From the NCBI GenBank assembly GCA_951406725.2, contig OX597826.1, positions 9,982,001-10,046,000 on the forward strand: a stretch of DNA of 64,000 bases, given 5' to 3'. The stretch comes from Octopus vulgaris. Lineage: Eukaryota. Shown in pieces: positions 26,963 to 39,019 of this stretch; position 1 is the stretch's first letter; each line of letters begins with the position of its first letter. The notes beneath the pieces were generated by a model that worked only from the letters and a program-made list of their open reading frames with translations, had not been told where the DNA came from and did no database searches. A program made the position numbers and the translations under genes.

Positions 26963-27376
26963 ATAATAATAATAATAATAATAATGAAATTATTGTATAC
27001 AGTGCTCAGGTGCACCACAACTTGTCAAAAGTGTGTATAAAGCATATGCAGTAATGTGCAAATGTCTGAGAAGCGAACAGTGTATGAGTCAGATACATGC
27101 TTGCGTGTGTATGGAGGGAAGAAAATCAGGTGTAGTATTGGCGAATCTCAGAAAGCATGGAAGTTTTGAAGGATGCAGTGCTCCGGCAACAAACAACTGA
27201 TGCCGGCAGTTTGTTCCATGCTTCAGCAACTCTTAGCGTGAAAAAATGTTTCCGAAAGTCATGGGAGCTGTGCTGTTTTCTGACTTTGTAAACATGTCCA
27301 CGGGTGTTAGACAGGTGGAGTTTGAAAAGGTGCTCAGAGTTATTGTTTGTAAGATGGTTAATGATTTTATGGGTGT
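26963..27376 (-). mobile_element. CR1-clade LINE 3' fragment with (TTA)n tail
   Basis: Encodes TRGHVYKVRK...FRKHFFTLRVAEAWNKLP..VV; same family at 31131 and 33462. Confidence 0.85.
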
Positions 27377-27889
27377 TAATAATTTTAAATGTTGCTATCG
27401 ATCTATTTTATTCAAGGTAAGCACTGCCTAACTTGCCCAGCTGGGTGGAACGTCCCTGCATAGAAGATATTCAAAACTCTAGCACAATTTCCTTCACTTA
27501 TTTCTCTATCCTTGCAGCTTCTCTATCCTGTCTGATTTTCTTTCAACAAATACTGCTCGCTTTGCTCAAACTACAGCTTGAACAGTCAATTCCTGGTATT
27601 TTACATTCATGCAGGAAATGATTAGCAGAATTGTTAGAGTGCCAGACGAAATGCCTTCTGGCTCTCTCTCTCTCTCTATGTGTTGAGTTCAAATTCTGCT
27701 GAGGTCAACTTTGCCATCCATCCTTTTGGGGGTTGATAAAATACTAGTCAAGTTCTTCCCTCAAGACTGCAGGCCTTGGGCCTATACCAGAAAATTACTA
27801 ATTTTATTATTATTTGCTACTTCAATGTTTTTTTTTTTATATATCACAGGTAAGGTAATTAAATCTATCTATTTACCTATATACATACA

Positions 27890-28040
27890 TTACAAAGATT
27901 TACATGTAAAGAATTTCTGATTAGAAAATCTTCAGACAGAGAAAGAATTTTATATTATAAATATTATATTATGCAATATAAAAATTTTCTTTGTGTCACA
28001 TATTTCTAATGGGAAATTCTATACATGTAAATCTTTGTAA
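27890..28040. repeat. AT-rich ~150-bp hairpin (MITE-like)
   Basis: TTACAAAGATTTACATGTA...TACATGTAAATCTTTGTAA. Confidence 0.75.
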
Positions 28041-29008
28041 TTCCTATTAGCAAATGAAACACATGTAATGGAGAATAAATAATACCAAAAAAATTTCCAT
28101 TCTCCTATTACGTTTATTCAACAACTCTGCAAATAATATTTCCATAATCCTCAATTTTAATGTGTGTTTTGATTTACATACAACACTAACTATGGAAACA
28201 TATTGATTGCAATGATAGAACAGGTTCCCAACCTGGGGTTCGCAGACCCCTGGTGGTCTGCAAAGGTAGTACTGGGGGACCATGAACTAAATTCAAAATT
28301 TCATATATATATATAGGCACAGGAGTGGCTGTGTGGTATGTAGCTTGCTTACCAACCACATGGTTCCGGGTTCAGTCCCACTGCATGGCACTTTGGGCAA
28401 GTGTCTTCTACTATAGCCTCGGGACGACCAAAGCCTTGTGAGTGGATTTGGTAGACGGAAACTGAAAGAAGCCTGTCGTATATATGTATATATATGTATA
28501 TGTGTGTATATGTTTGTGTGTCTGTGTTTATCTCCCCAACATCGCTTGACAGCCGATGTTGATGTGTTTACATCCTTATAACTTAGCAGTTCGGTAAAAG
28601 AGACCAATAGAATAAGTACTCGGCTTCCAAAGAATAAGTCCTGGGGTCGATTTGCTCAACTAAAGGCAGTGCTCCAGCATGGCCAGAGTCAAATGACTGA
28701 AACAAGTAAAAGAGAAGAGAGAGAAAATATATACACACATACATAAGGATGAGCATATTAAAAGGAGTCTGTGAGAAAACTCGTTTAAATAAAAGGGTTG
28801 GAAACCACTGTGATAAAATAAGGAGAAGTGCTTTAAGAGCTGGCATGTGTGTGTGTGTATGTAGATGTTTGTCTCTTTGTCTACACATGCATGCATGCAT
28901 GTATGCATAAACTGGAACAAAAAAACTTAATATTTTCCATTTCCTTAGAATGGTGCATATTTTCCCAGACAACTCAAAAGCAAAAAAAAACCCCAAATAA
29001 AGTCATAC

Positions 29009-29105
29009 CTCAGAAGGACCTGATTCAGCTACAACTTCCTTGACTAAACCTAGGTTTTCGTAGTGGTCAATAACGGGCTTGGTTGAACTGTTAAAAGTCA
29101 CGATA
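29009..29105 (-). CDS. CMPK1: CMPK1 exon IVTFNSSTKPVIDHYENLGLVKEVVAESGPSE
   Basis: STKPxIDxY motif; 97 nt; phase 2/0; TTGCAG acceptor, GTATGA donor. Confidence 0.93.
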
Positions 29106-29277
29106 CTGCAAAGAGGAAAAGATTAGACTGGATATTAAAAGCACTAAAAAGACTAAAGATGTAGAGTCTGTTGTTCAAGATTAATTCTTTTTGATTTGAT
29201 TTAATCATTATTCAAATGTCTGGAGTATTGACGGATGAATGCTGAATGAATTGAAAGAAATTTAACATAATTTCATC

Positions 29278-29530
29278 AAGCTTTCACTCACTAACACATT
29301 AAAACCTCTAAACTACAGCAAAGACTACACTCACCAACACAGTAAAACATTCAGCTTCAGAGCAGCCTTCACTCACCAACACAGTAAAACCTCTAGCTAC
29401 AGGGAAGCCTTTGATAACCAACATGACACAATCACTATTTATAGGGATACCTTTTCACTTATAAAAACACGAGCCATAAGCTTTAAGAAAGCTTTCACTC
29501 ATCAAAATACAACAACTGTCAGCTATAGAA
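29278..29530. repeat. Degenerate ~42-bp minisatellite, ~6 units
   Basis: Recurring AAGCTTTCACTCACCAACACAGTAAAACCTCTAGCTACAG-like unit. Confidence 0.65.
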
Positions 29531-29535
29531 ATACC

Positions 29536-29753
29536 GGATCTTTTCAGTTTGAACGGCAGTTTTTTTAGCGGTGTCATATGAAATTGTCACCCATAATTAT
29601 GACCCTCGTATCGATCTATTGCATTTGAATCTGGGTTAGGGGTGGGGGAAGGGTATCTTTTTTTCTTCAGAAATGTAAATAAACCCAATCTGTTTCTTAA
29701 ACGAGGGACATATTCATACGACACAAAATGTTTTTTTACCTCAATAGACATCA
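29536..29753 (+). mobile_element. Truncated Merlin-like MITE (left half)
   Basis: Left TIR and body, cut by an RTE tail. Confidence 0.75.
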
Positions 29754-29927
29754 GCACCCACTACACTCTCGGAGTGGTTGGAGTTATGAAGGGCATCCAG
29801 CTGTAGAAACTCTGCCAGATCAAGACTGGAGCCTGGTGCAGCCATCTGGTTGCCAGCCCTCAGTCAAAACCGTCCAACCCATGCTAGCATGGAAAACGGA
29901 CATTAAATGATGATGATGATGATGATG

Positions 29928-29983
<56 letters not shown>

Positions 29984-30849
29984 ACGGGTAGCTTTATGAA
30001 AATAGACAAAAGACGAAGGCAGAACTGAGGTACTCATTTACAACTATTAAGTGATGTTAAGACAAGGAGACACAAACACACACACACAACAGGCTTTTCA
30101 ATTTCAGTTTACCAAATCTAGTTTCAAAGATTTAGCTGTCCTAAGATTATATTAGAAGACAGCCAAGATGCCATGCAGTGAGACTGACCCTGAAGCCATG
30201 TGGGTGGGAAGCAAACTTCATAACCACAGTCATACCCCTGTACACACACAGGTGAGGGACAATAGAATTGGTGTGTAGAACAAAAATGGTGTATGGTCTT
30301 ATATCAGCCACATCTCTTTACAGCCAATTCATCATGATCATCATCATCATTTAACGTCCGTTTTCCATGCTAGCATGGGTTGGATGGTTCGACTGGGGTC
30401 TGGGAAGCCTGAAGGCTGCACCAGGCCCAGTCTGATCTGGCAATGTTTCTACAGCTGGATGCTCTTCTTAACGCCAACCACTCCGTGAGTGTAGTGGGTG
30501 CTTTTTATGTGCCACCAGCACAGGGGCCAGAGGAGGCTGGGAACAGCCACGATTGGTTGGTACTTTTTTACGTGCCACCGGCACAGAGGCTAGTTGAGGC
30601 AGCGCTGGCAATGGCCACGCTCGGATGGTTCTTTTACATGCCACCGGCACTGGTATCACAGCTGCAATTTCCATTGATTTTTGATCGATTTCGATACATT
30701 TTACAATTCATCCGTCACAATATAAATGACATAACTACCAGACAAAGTACTAGGGTCGATACAATTGACTAAACCCCTCAAAAGTGGTGTCCTAACATGG
30801 CCATTGTACAAGGACTGAGACCAGTAAAAAGCAAAATGAATATACAAAC

Positions 30850-30926
30850 CGTTTTCTCAAAGATTCCTCATTGTCATCAGTTCTACCACTTGTTTCCCCT
30901 CGTTTCAAGCAACGCTGTACACAGAC
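30850..30926 (-). CDS. CMPK1: CMPK1 exon VCVQRCLKRGETSGRTDDNEESLRKR (LID region)
   Basis: RCLxRG..SGRxDDN motif; 77 nt; phase 0/2. Confidence 0.95.
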
Positions 30927-31130
30927 CTAACAATGAACAAGCAAACATTTGCATTAACAATAAAAATCAGAAATAAAAGAATACATACACACATACAATA
31001 TCATCAAGATTTGCATTAATTTTTAGTCTTGAAATTTAAATGTTTTACAGTAACTTTGAAAATGTTTCGCAATAACAACTTTAATAAAATTTAATAAAAC
31101 TCTTTTACAATACAGAGAATGTAGACTTAA

Positions 31131-31689
31131 ATAATAATAATAAAATTATTGTATACAGTGCTCAGGTGCACCACAACTTGTCAAAAGTGTGTATAAAGCA
31201 TGTGCAGTAATGTACAAATGTCTGGAAAGCGAACAGTGTATGAGTCAGATGCATGCTTGCTTGCGTGTATGGAGGGGAGAAAATCAGGTGTAGTGTTGGC
31301 GAATCTCAGGAAGCATGGAAGTTTTGAAGGATGCAGTGCTCCGACAACTAACAACTGATGCACCACAACTTGTCAAAAGTGCATATAAAATTTTGCAGTA
31401 ATGTACAAATGTCTGGGAAGGGAACAATGTATGAGCCAGATACATACTTGCGTGTGTATGGAGGGGAGAACATCAGGTGTAGTGTTGGCGAATCTCAGGA
31501 GGCATGGAAGTCTTGAAGGATGCAGTGCTCCGACAACTAACAACTGATGCCGGCAGTTTGTTCCATACTTCAGCAATTCTTAGCGTGAAAAAATGTTTCC
31601 GAAAGTCATGGGAGCTGTGCTGTTTTCTGACTTTGTAAACATGTCCACAGGTGTTAGACAGGTGGAGTTTGAAAAGGCGCTCAGAGTTA
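31131..31689 (-). mobile_element. CR1-clade LINE 3' fragment with internal ~190-bp tandem duplication
   Basis: ORF 31473-31751 GHVYKVRK..FRKHFFTLRIAEVWNKLP; segment TGCACCACAACTTGTCAAAAGTG...CCGACAACTAACAACTGATG occurs twice. Confidence 0.85.
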
Positions 31690-32288
31690 AGAATACTTAA
31701 GATTATGGAACAAGTTCTGAAATTGATTTTGTTGTGTGCAATATTCCACATCCAGGATAAGGGAGTTCCAATGACTTTTTGCTTTAGAATTTAAATTATG
31801 TTTTATTTCTAGATGAAGTCATCAAAATTGAAATTCCTGTCACAACCTGTAACAATTTTTTTGATTCTATCTCCAAATTTGTTTTTTGCTACAAAGCAAA
31901 AGTCAATGAATCAAGTGCATAATTCAATGTTATATACAAACTGAATATATGTTTCTGGCAACAAGAATGGTAGGAGACGGGGGAAACACCCTGGAAAAGT
32001 TCTAGGTGAAAATGATCCAAAAAGATCCAAACTAAAAATAACTACTGTAAGGTGGTTGGTGTGAGGATGCACATCTAGCTGTAGAAAACATGCGAAAGTC
32101 CTGTGGCTCACTAGATCCTGTCAATTATTAAATTAATTGTGTGTTAATAGTGTTTTGCTTCATTGTAAACAATTCACTGAGTGAATATGTGTGTAGAGAG
32201 AACAGAAAAATGCATGTGCAATGCATTTTGACTCTTGTTGGCATTAATATATAAGGATACCAGTAATTATTAAAATATAACATACAGG

Positions 32289-32420
32289 AAAATATCTTAC
32301 AGCTGTTTCAGCCAAGAGGTAAAAATACCTCATTCTACCTTTATCCCTCCAGTAGACTGAAGTAATTAGGAGATGAAATTGAGGTACTTGGGTGTTTCTC
32401 TAGGCTTCGTCAGAGATTTT
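32289..32420 (-). ncRNA. Type I hammerhead ribozyme motif, intact core, long stem II
   Basis: AAAAUCU-CUGACGA-AGCCUAGAG...CUCUUGGCU-GAAA-C-AGCU-GUA-AGAUAUUUU. Confidence 0.7.
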
Positions 32421-33461
32421 AGAAAGTACGTAATGTTAAGTTATAAATAAATATAAATATAAAATAAATAAATACACACACACATTTACATATATAAATA
32501 TACATAAATACATATATATATATATATATACACTTAACTGTACATACATATTCACATTTATAAGCATACACAATAATCAATTATTATTAATAATATTAGA
32601 TGCATTTTATTATTCATATTAGATAAAATATAAACAGAATTATGAGAAAGTTATAAGGAGAGTAATTTTGTAATTTATAAAATCAATATATCTTAAAGTT
32701 ATTTCAGTTATGTAAGAACGAAACTGTATACACATGAGGGACATATATATAAATATACACACATACACACACAAATATATATATATTCATATACATATAT
32801 ATTTTTCTGCTCAACCATATTTATATGTACATACGTATTATAATGCACTGATCCTCTCTGCTAAACACATATAATACGTATGTACATATAAGTATGGTTG
32901 AGCAGAAAAATATATATGTATATATATATATTCGAAACGTGGAGTAGATGAAATTAACGCGACTGAAGAAGGGGAATTTTCCTTGTTTTGTATGTCCTGT
33001 ACTCTATTTTTTTCGTTGTTTTAAAAAAATGTCCATTTCCTTGGGTTTGTGTTTATGTTTTCGTTTCTCATTGTGTTCGACGTTTATTTTGGTGTCCTGT
33101 ACCCATATATGCATGTATATATACATGTAGAGGTAGGTACGTACATATATGTATGTATATATGCATATGTTTTATTTTATTTATTATATATATATATGTC
33201 CCTCATGTGTATACAGTTTCGTTCTTACATAACTGAAATAACTTTAAGATTTATTGATTTTATAAATTACAAAATTACTCTCCTTATAACTTTCTCATAA
33301 TTCTGTTTATATTTTATATAATATGAATAATAAAATGCATCTAATATTATTAATAATAATTGATTATTGTGTATGCTTATAAATGTGAATATGTATGTAC
33401 AGTTAAGTGTATATATATATATATATGTATTTATGTATATTTATATATGTATGCATATGTA

Positions 33462-33853
33462 TAATAATAATAATAATGAAATTATTGTATTTAGTGCTCA
33501 GGTGCACCACATCTTGTCAAAAGTGCGTATAAAGTATATGCAGTAATGTACAAATGTCTGGGAAGTGAACAGTGTATGAGTCAGATACATGCTTGCGTGT
33601 GTATGGAGGGGAGAAAATCAAGTGTAGTGTTGGCGAATCTCAGGAAGCATGGAAGTTTTGAAGGATGCAGTGCTCCGACAACTAATAACTGATGCCGGCA
33701 GTCTGTTCCCTGCTTCAGCAACTCACAGCCTGAAAAAATGTTTCCTAAAGTCATGGGAGCTGTGCTGTTTTCTAACATTGTAAATATGTCCACGGGTGTT
33801 AGAAAGGTGCTCAGAGTTATTGTTTGTAAGATGGTTAATAATTTTATGGGTGT
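33462..33853 (-). mobile_element. CR1-clade LINE 3' fragment inserted into one arm of the large fold-back
   Basis: Same family as 26963; absent from the partner arm. Confidence 0.85.
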
Positions 33854-33916
33854 CTGTGTGTGTATTTATTTATTTTATATTTATATTTATTTATAACTTA
33901 ACCTTATGTACTTTCT

Positions 33917-34048
33917 AAAATCTCCGACGAAGCCTAGAGAAACACCCAAGTACCTCAATTTTATCTGCTAATTACTTCAGTCTACTGGAGGGATAAAGGT
34001 AGAATGAGGTATTTTTGCCTCTTGGCTGAAACAGCTGTAAGATATTTT
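33917..34048 (+). ncRNA. Inverted copy of the same hammerhead motif (core CCGACGA, U4C)
   Basis: Reverse-complement partner of 32289-32420. Confidence 0.6.
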
Positions 34049-34351
34049 CCCAATTTATATTTCCTGTATGTTATATTTTAATAATTACTGGTATCCTTAT
34101 ATATTAATATATTTTACATGTAAAGCATAATATATCATACATGTATGTATAATCTTGTAATTGTCATTTTAGTAAATAAATAAATTAGTTGACATAATAT
34201 AATGTCTAAAAGTTGATGAACCACCTATTGATCCCCTCCATTTTCTTATTGCTCTCTCTCTCTCTCTACACACACATGGTAACTAAATTGTAACATACAC
34301 ACACAACAGAGAAATGATATTTAAACACTTGGCAGATGTTACTGAACTTAC

Positions 34352-34489
34352 TTCTTCACTGCAGCTGAAATAGAGAACAAATTTCACTGTAGCAGTTTCC
34401 TTCATCTCAAGTTCCCAGCCATCCAAGTTGTCTTTGTTGCGAGGAAATCCATCAATAAGAAAATTATTTTTACCACTGGCTTCCATTGC
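34352..34489 (-). CDS. CMPK1: CMPK1 exon AMEASGKNNFLIDGFPRNKDNLDGWELEMKETATVKFVLYFSCSEE
   Basis: Adenylate-kinase signature FLIDGFPRN; 138 nt; CAG acceptor, GTAAGT donor. Confidence 0.96.
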
Positions 34490-34770
34490 CTGGCAGAATA
34501 TATAAGGTTATTAAAATGACTATAAACATTGTCAGGGTTGTTTATTGTGTTGGTTGGTTTATTCAGCAAAATTCAGTTTCAAATAAATTCTTAGCACACA
34601 CACACACACACACATGTATATTATATATATATGTATATGTAAAAAAAATACAAACTGGGACAAGAACGCAAAACATTTAGAAGACAATACAAAAAACACG
34701 GACAGGACATTCGAAGCCTTCAATCTTCAGTCAAGAACCGGATCATCCTCGCAATTTCGGCTGATTAATA

Positions 34771-36323
34771 TTAGGTTGTTTCACATGAAATGTTGCATTT
34801 TTACTTAGTTATTCCAGTCATTTAAAATTATGTACACCTTGCTTATGTTAATCTTGACTCTTTTTCTTTCACAACAATATTGGTATACAAAATTCATGCC
34901 CACAGACCTTATGAAAATGATAACAACCAAACTATGTTGAGCGATTTTTCTCATATGAGTACAAACTGGGTCACTCTGGCACAGAAGCTCTACGGAATAT
35001 AAAGCAGGCCTTTGGTAATGGTTTTATTAACATCGGAACTGTTCAGAGATGGTTCCAAAGCTCTCGTTCAGGAGATGATAGCCTTGAAAATAAACCAAGG
35101 GGTAAGCCAAAATCAGTCATTCGGCATGATGGAGTAAATGCTTCGGTTGAAAAAAATCTGAGAACAAAAGTTCGAAAATTTCCATCAGAGTATCAAACAT
35201 CTCAACACAGGTGTTTTTGGACACCTGTAAAAAATTGGAAATGTCAAGAAAATGGATAGGTTTGTTCCACATCAACTGAATGAGATAAAAAAAACAAACA
35301 AAAAAACAGATGCCTCGCAGTGCGCTCCTTATTGCTTTCTTGACTGCAAAAAGACCATTTTTGCATAAAATCATTATTTATGATGAGAAATGGATACTCT
35401 TTGCCCACAGCAGGAGAACAAAACAGGACAGTGATTAGATGCAAGAGAGTCACCCAACCCACCATTGCACCCTAAAAAGTTAGTGGTCACTGTATGGTGG
35501 TCTGCAAAGGGAGTTATTCATTATTCACTTTTGCAACAAGGAAAAACAGTAACAGCAACATCGTATTGCCAGAAAATTGATTGTATGCATGAGAATTTGA
35601 AAAAGAAGCAACCCAGACTAGTGAATAGAGGTGGCCCAATTTTGCTCCACGACAATGCACGTCCTCACACTCAAGCTACGGTCCAAAAGTTGCAAAGCCT
35701 GAATTATGAGATTTTGCAACATCTTCCCTTATTCCCCTGATATCTCTCCTACTGATCATCATTTACTTAATAAATAACAATAGGGTAATAAGAAATTATT
35801 ATTACCAGTGGCCTAGCACAAAAACGAATTAATCATTAGACTATATATTATTCATATAGAAATACAATAAGAGGCTTCCAAATAGGAAAGCCTTGTACTA
35901 GAAAGAGCAGTAGAAAACTCAAACCACCAATTAAGGAAAAATTCTCGAAAGGAATGAAAATTAAAAATGTTTACTGTCTCAATTATTTCCCAATTATTAT
36001 TGAGATGGTAGACGTTTTTAATTTTCATTCCTTTCGAGAATTTATCCTTAATTGGTGATCATCATTTACTTAGGTATTTTGAGTTTTTCATAAGCAACAA
36101 AACATTCCTGAATAGAGAAGAGGTAACTGAAGCATTTGGACAGTTTATCACAGCAAAAGATGAATTTTTTTTTCAAAGATGGAATATATGACATAGAGAA
36201 ACGTTGGGTAAACGTCATAAATGAACATGGATCATACTTTGATTAAATAAATCAGTTCTCTAATACTTCCGAAATATTTTATTGTTACTTTTTAAATACG
36301 ACATTTCATGTGAAACAATCTAT
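34771..36323 (+). mobile_element. Near full-length decayed mariner with a 286-bp insertion
   Basis: TIRs TTAGGTTGTTTCACATGAAATGT / ACATTTCATGTGAAACAATCTA; DEKW, HPKK..VTVWW and LLHDNARPH motifs, frameshifted. Confidence 0.9.
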
Positions 36324-36971
36324 ATAAAGACACACAAGGTATTCCAGATTTACCTTTGCAATTTGAAAAATTCAGAAAACTATCAAAAATAAGGAATAAC
36401 GCAGCAAAGTTTATTGGAAAACAGACAAACAAATAAAGTTCTATTGGGAAAATTAGAACATGGCACGTAAAAAGCACCCACTACACTCGTGGAGTGGTTG
36501 GTGTTAGGAAGGGCATCCAGCTGTAGAAACACTGCCAGATCAGACTGGAGCCTGGTGCAGCCTCCTGGTTTCCCAGACCCTGGTCGAACCATCCAACCTA
36601 TGCAAGCATGGTAAACAGATGTTAAACGATGATGATGATGAATGACCCAGTGTATCAAGGCTGCAAAAGCATACTCTCTAACCAGGCAAACTCTCAAAGG
36701 TTTCCACTGCAAACAATGGTGATCTTTTCAAATCAGAGTGGTTTCCTTAACTCGCAGTGCTATGAATAACCCTTCTACTGCAGGAGTCAGATATACTCAC
36801 TTAAAATTTCATTACTCTCAAGTATGGAAAGCAGTTTTATACACATTATAATCCTAGTTTTTGGTAGATATTCAACATCATTACCAGAATGACCATGAAG
36901 TTTAAATTTTGCAATGAAAGGGTTAAAAATCATGTGTGAAAAGTTGATGCAAGTTCAAATAAACTTCATAC

Positions 36972-37118
36972 CTTCTTGAGTAGGGCGCAAGTGATTGAGA
37001 CAGGCACAATGCTGCCCTCTTTAATATGATTAGCAATCAATGCCCCATACTGAGAATTGGGGTCACTGCGCTCGGCCCTTAGGAGATCTCCAGCAGACAA
37101 ATGTCCATAATCAAAATT
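36972..37118 (-). CDS. CMPK1: CMPK1 exon [49 protein letters not shown]
   Basis: HLSAGDLLR and G-x-I-V-P motifs; 147 nt; AG/GT boundaries, phase 0/0. Confidence 0.96.
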
Positions 37119-37579
37119 CTGGAAAACAAAAGCAAATTCATTTCAAGTATTAGTACTGAGTTAAAAATAGAAAATTAAGACATATTATTGTTAACAACAC
37201 CTGAACATCTATTTTTCCATGTTGGCATAGATTGGAAGATGATCCAATGCAATAATAACGAGTCAGCTTATCTGTTAAGTTATATCAGAACCTGATATAA
37301 ATACACAAGTAAAAAAAAAAGGGGGGGGGGAATTGCTATCTTTTTGGTTGCTAAATCTGCTTCTTTTACCAAAATTATTTTAGAACAAGGCTACAAATGC
37401 TTTCTTCTGTGCGTATATATGTGTGTGCGTGTGTGTGTGTATACATATATATATATGTGTATATATATATTATATATGCCATCCCTGAAGAATGCAGGGT
37501 TACATAACATTCCATTGAACCCTAGTGTGAAACTGATTGGTAAGGTCAGCCATAATGGATGTATAATACTGTACACTTT

Positions 37580-37613
<34 letters not shown>

Positions 37614-37614
<1 letters not shown>

Positions 37615-37820
37615 TTTATTTAAAGCCGCAGAAAATTCAACAAAACCTGTTACTCTGAGTTTCACGTTCCCTGCATTTCTCAAATCAAAACGGGAACGTG
37701 AAACTCAGAGTATCAGGTTTTGTTGAATTTTCTGCTGCTTTAAATAAAGCATATTACTCTACCACTGGTATTTGAGTACTCTTTTTTCCACCTTGTTTCA
37801 CATTTATGTGTTTACTCCGG
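37614..37820. mobile_element. Short fold-back element in (TA)n, Penelope pLTR-like
   Basis: Same family as 14181; 3' half of the hammerhead followed by AATAAA. Confidence 0.75.
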
Positions 37821-37838
37821 TATATATATATATATATA

Positions 37839-38144
37839 TCGCGTGATCACGTGACCGACCAGACCATCAGATGTTGTTACACATCGCTGGTCACAATGCG
37901 TTCGCATTGTTTTAGCCTTCGAATGACGCCACCCCGCTGGCTAAGCGAGCAGGCCAACAGAAGAAAGAGTGGGAGAAAGAGTGATGAAAGAGTACAGCAG
38001 GGATCACCACCCACTGCCGGAGCCTCATGGAGCTTTTAGGTGTTTTCGCTCAATAAACACACACAACGCCCGGTCTGGGAATCAAAACCGCGATCCTGCG
38101 ACCGCGAGTCCGCTGCCCTAACCACTAGGCCATTGCGCCTCCAC
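37839..38144 (-). mobile_element. tRNA-derived SINE family C in (TA)n; other copies 1106-1391(-), 19304-19606(-)
   Basis: Head GGCGCAATGGCCTAGTGGTTAGGGCAGCGGACTC...GATTCCC; three similar copies. Confidence 0.85.
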
Positions 38145-39019
38145 ACACATATATATATATATAGTATGCACAACTGAGGCAGTATTAAATTAAAATAGAC
38201 ATATGTGTATCATACTTATTGCATATACACTGCCAGTAGGCAATTTACTGTGGTATTAGTCCTGCGATAACATCACTTATGGATGTGTTAAAAATAATAA
38301 ATATTGGAGAGAGACAAAAAAATTGCCCCAAGAGTAGTGAATGAGAAAGCCAAATGCATTTTGGGTTTTTTCTGAACCATTTTAAAAGCATGTACTTGCA
38401 GCTTGTCACATGTCAAGATGAGAATTTATTGCCATTGATATAGGAAACAGTGAATAAAACATTCACTGATGTTACAAATAGTTGCCTGGGGCTGAATAAA
38501 TATCCCAAGCCTTCAATACTATCTACGTAGATTTTTACACCATTTGAACTGAATTTTCAAAGTAGAATTTCAAAAGAAATATATTTCACTGTTCTCAATA
38601 AACTTCCTACCACATCATCATCATCATTTAATGCCTGTTTTCTACGCTCACATCGGTTGGACGATTCGACAAGAGTGTGGCAAGTCAGAAGACTGCACCA
38701 AGCTCTACTGTCTGCCTTGACTTGGTTTCTACAGATGAATGCCATTCCTGATGCCAACCACTTTACAGAGTGTACTGGGTGCTTTTCGTGCAGCACCAGT
38801 AGCAGTGAGGTCCCTAAGTAACTTGCAGGACAAGATCCCTCGACTGAGAAAGGAATAGTTTGAGGAACAGAAATAGGTGTTTTACAGTAGAAGAGAAACA
38901 TAGGCAACTCAAGTGGTGAGAGATAAGACGATGAAGATGTGATGGGGGCCTACATTCAAGTTACAGTTTGCAAAATAACTGAAGAATTTCCACAGGTCTA
39001 GTACAATTATTAGTACACA

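Larger units (their letters stand above)
32243..34108. repeat. Large inverted repeat (fold-back), Penelope-like
   Basis: Arm 32243-32750 is the reverse complement of 33187-33450 plus 33856-34108; inner hairpin 32790-32842/32870-32922. Confidence 0.92.

Noticed and set aside
29278-29530. C2H2 zinc-finger array or CRISPR-like array
   Set aside because: No Cys/His spacing or TGEKP linker; no constant repeat with unique spacers; eukaryotic context
32930-33110. Additional hammerhead (GAAAC..GTA..CTGAAGA), and similar pieces at 11640-11800 and 34650-34770
   Set aside because: Stems I and II cannot be paired convincingly; probably truncated Penelope-like ends
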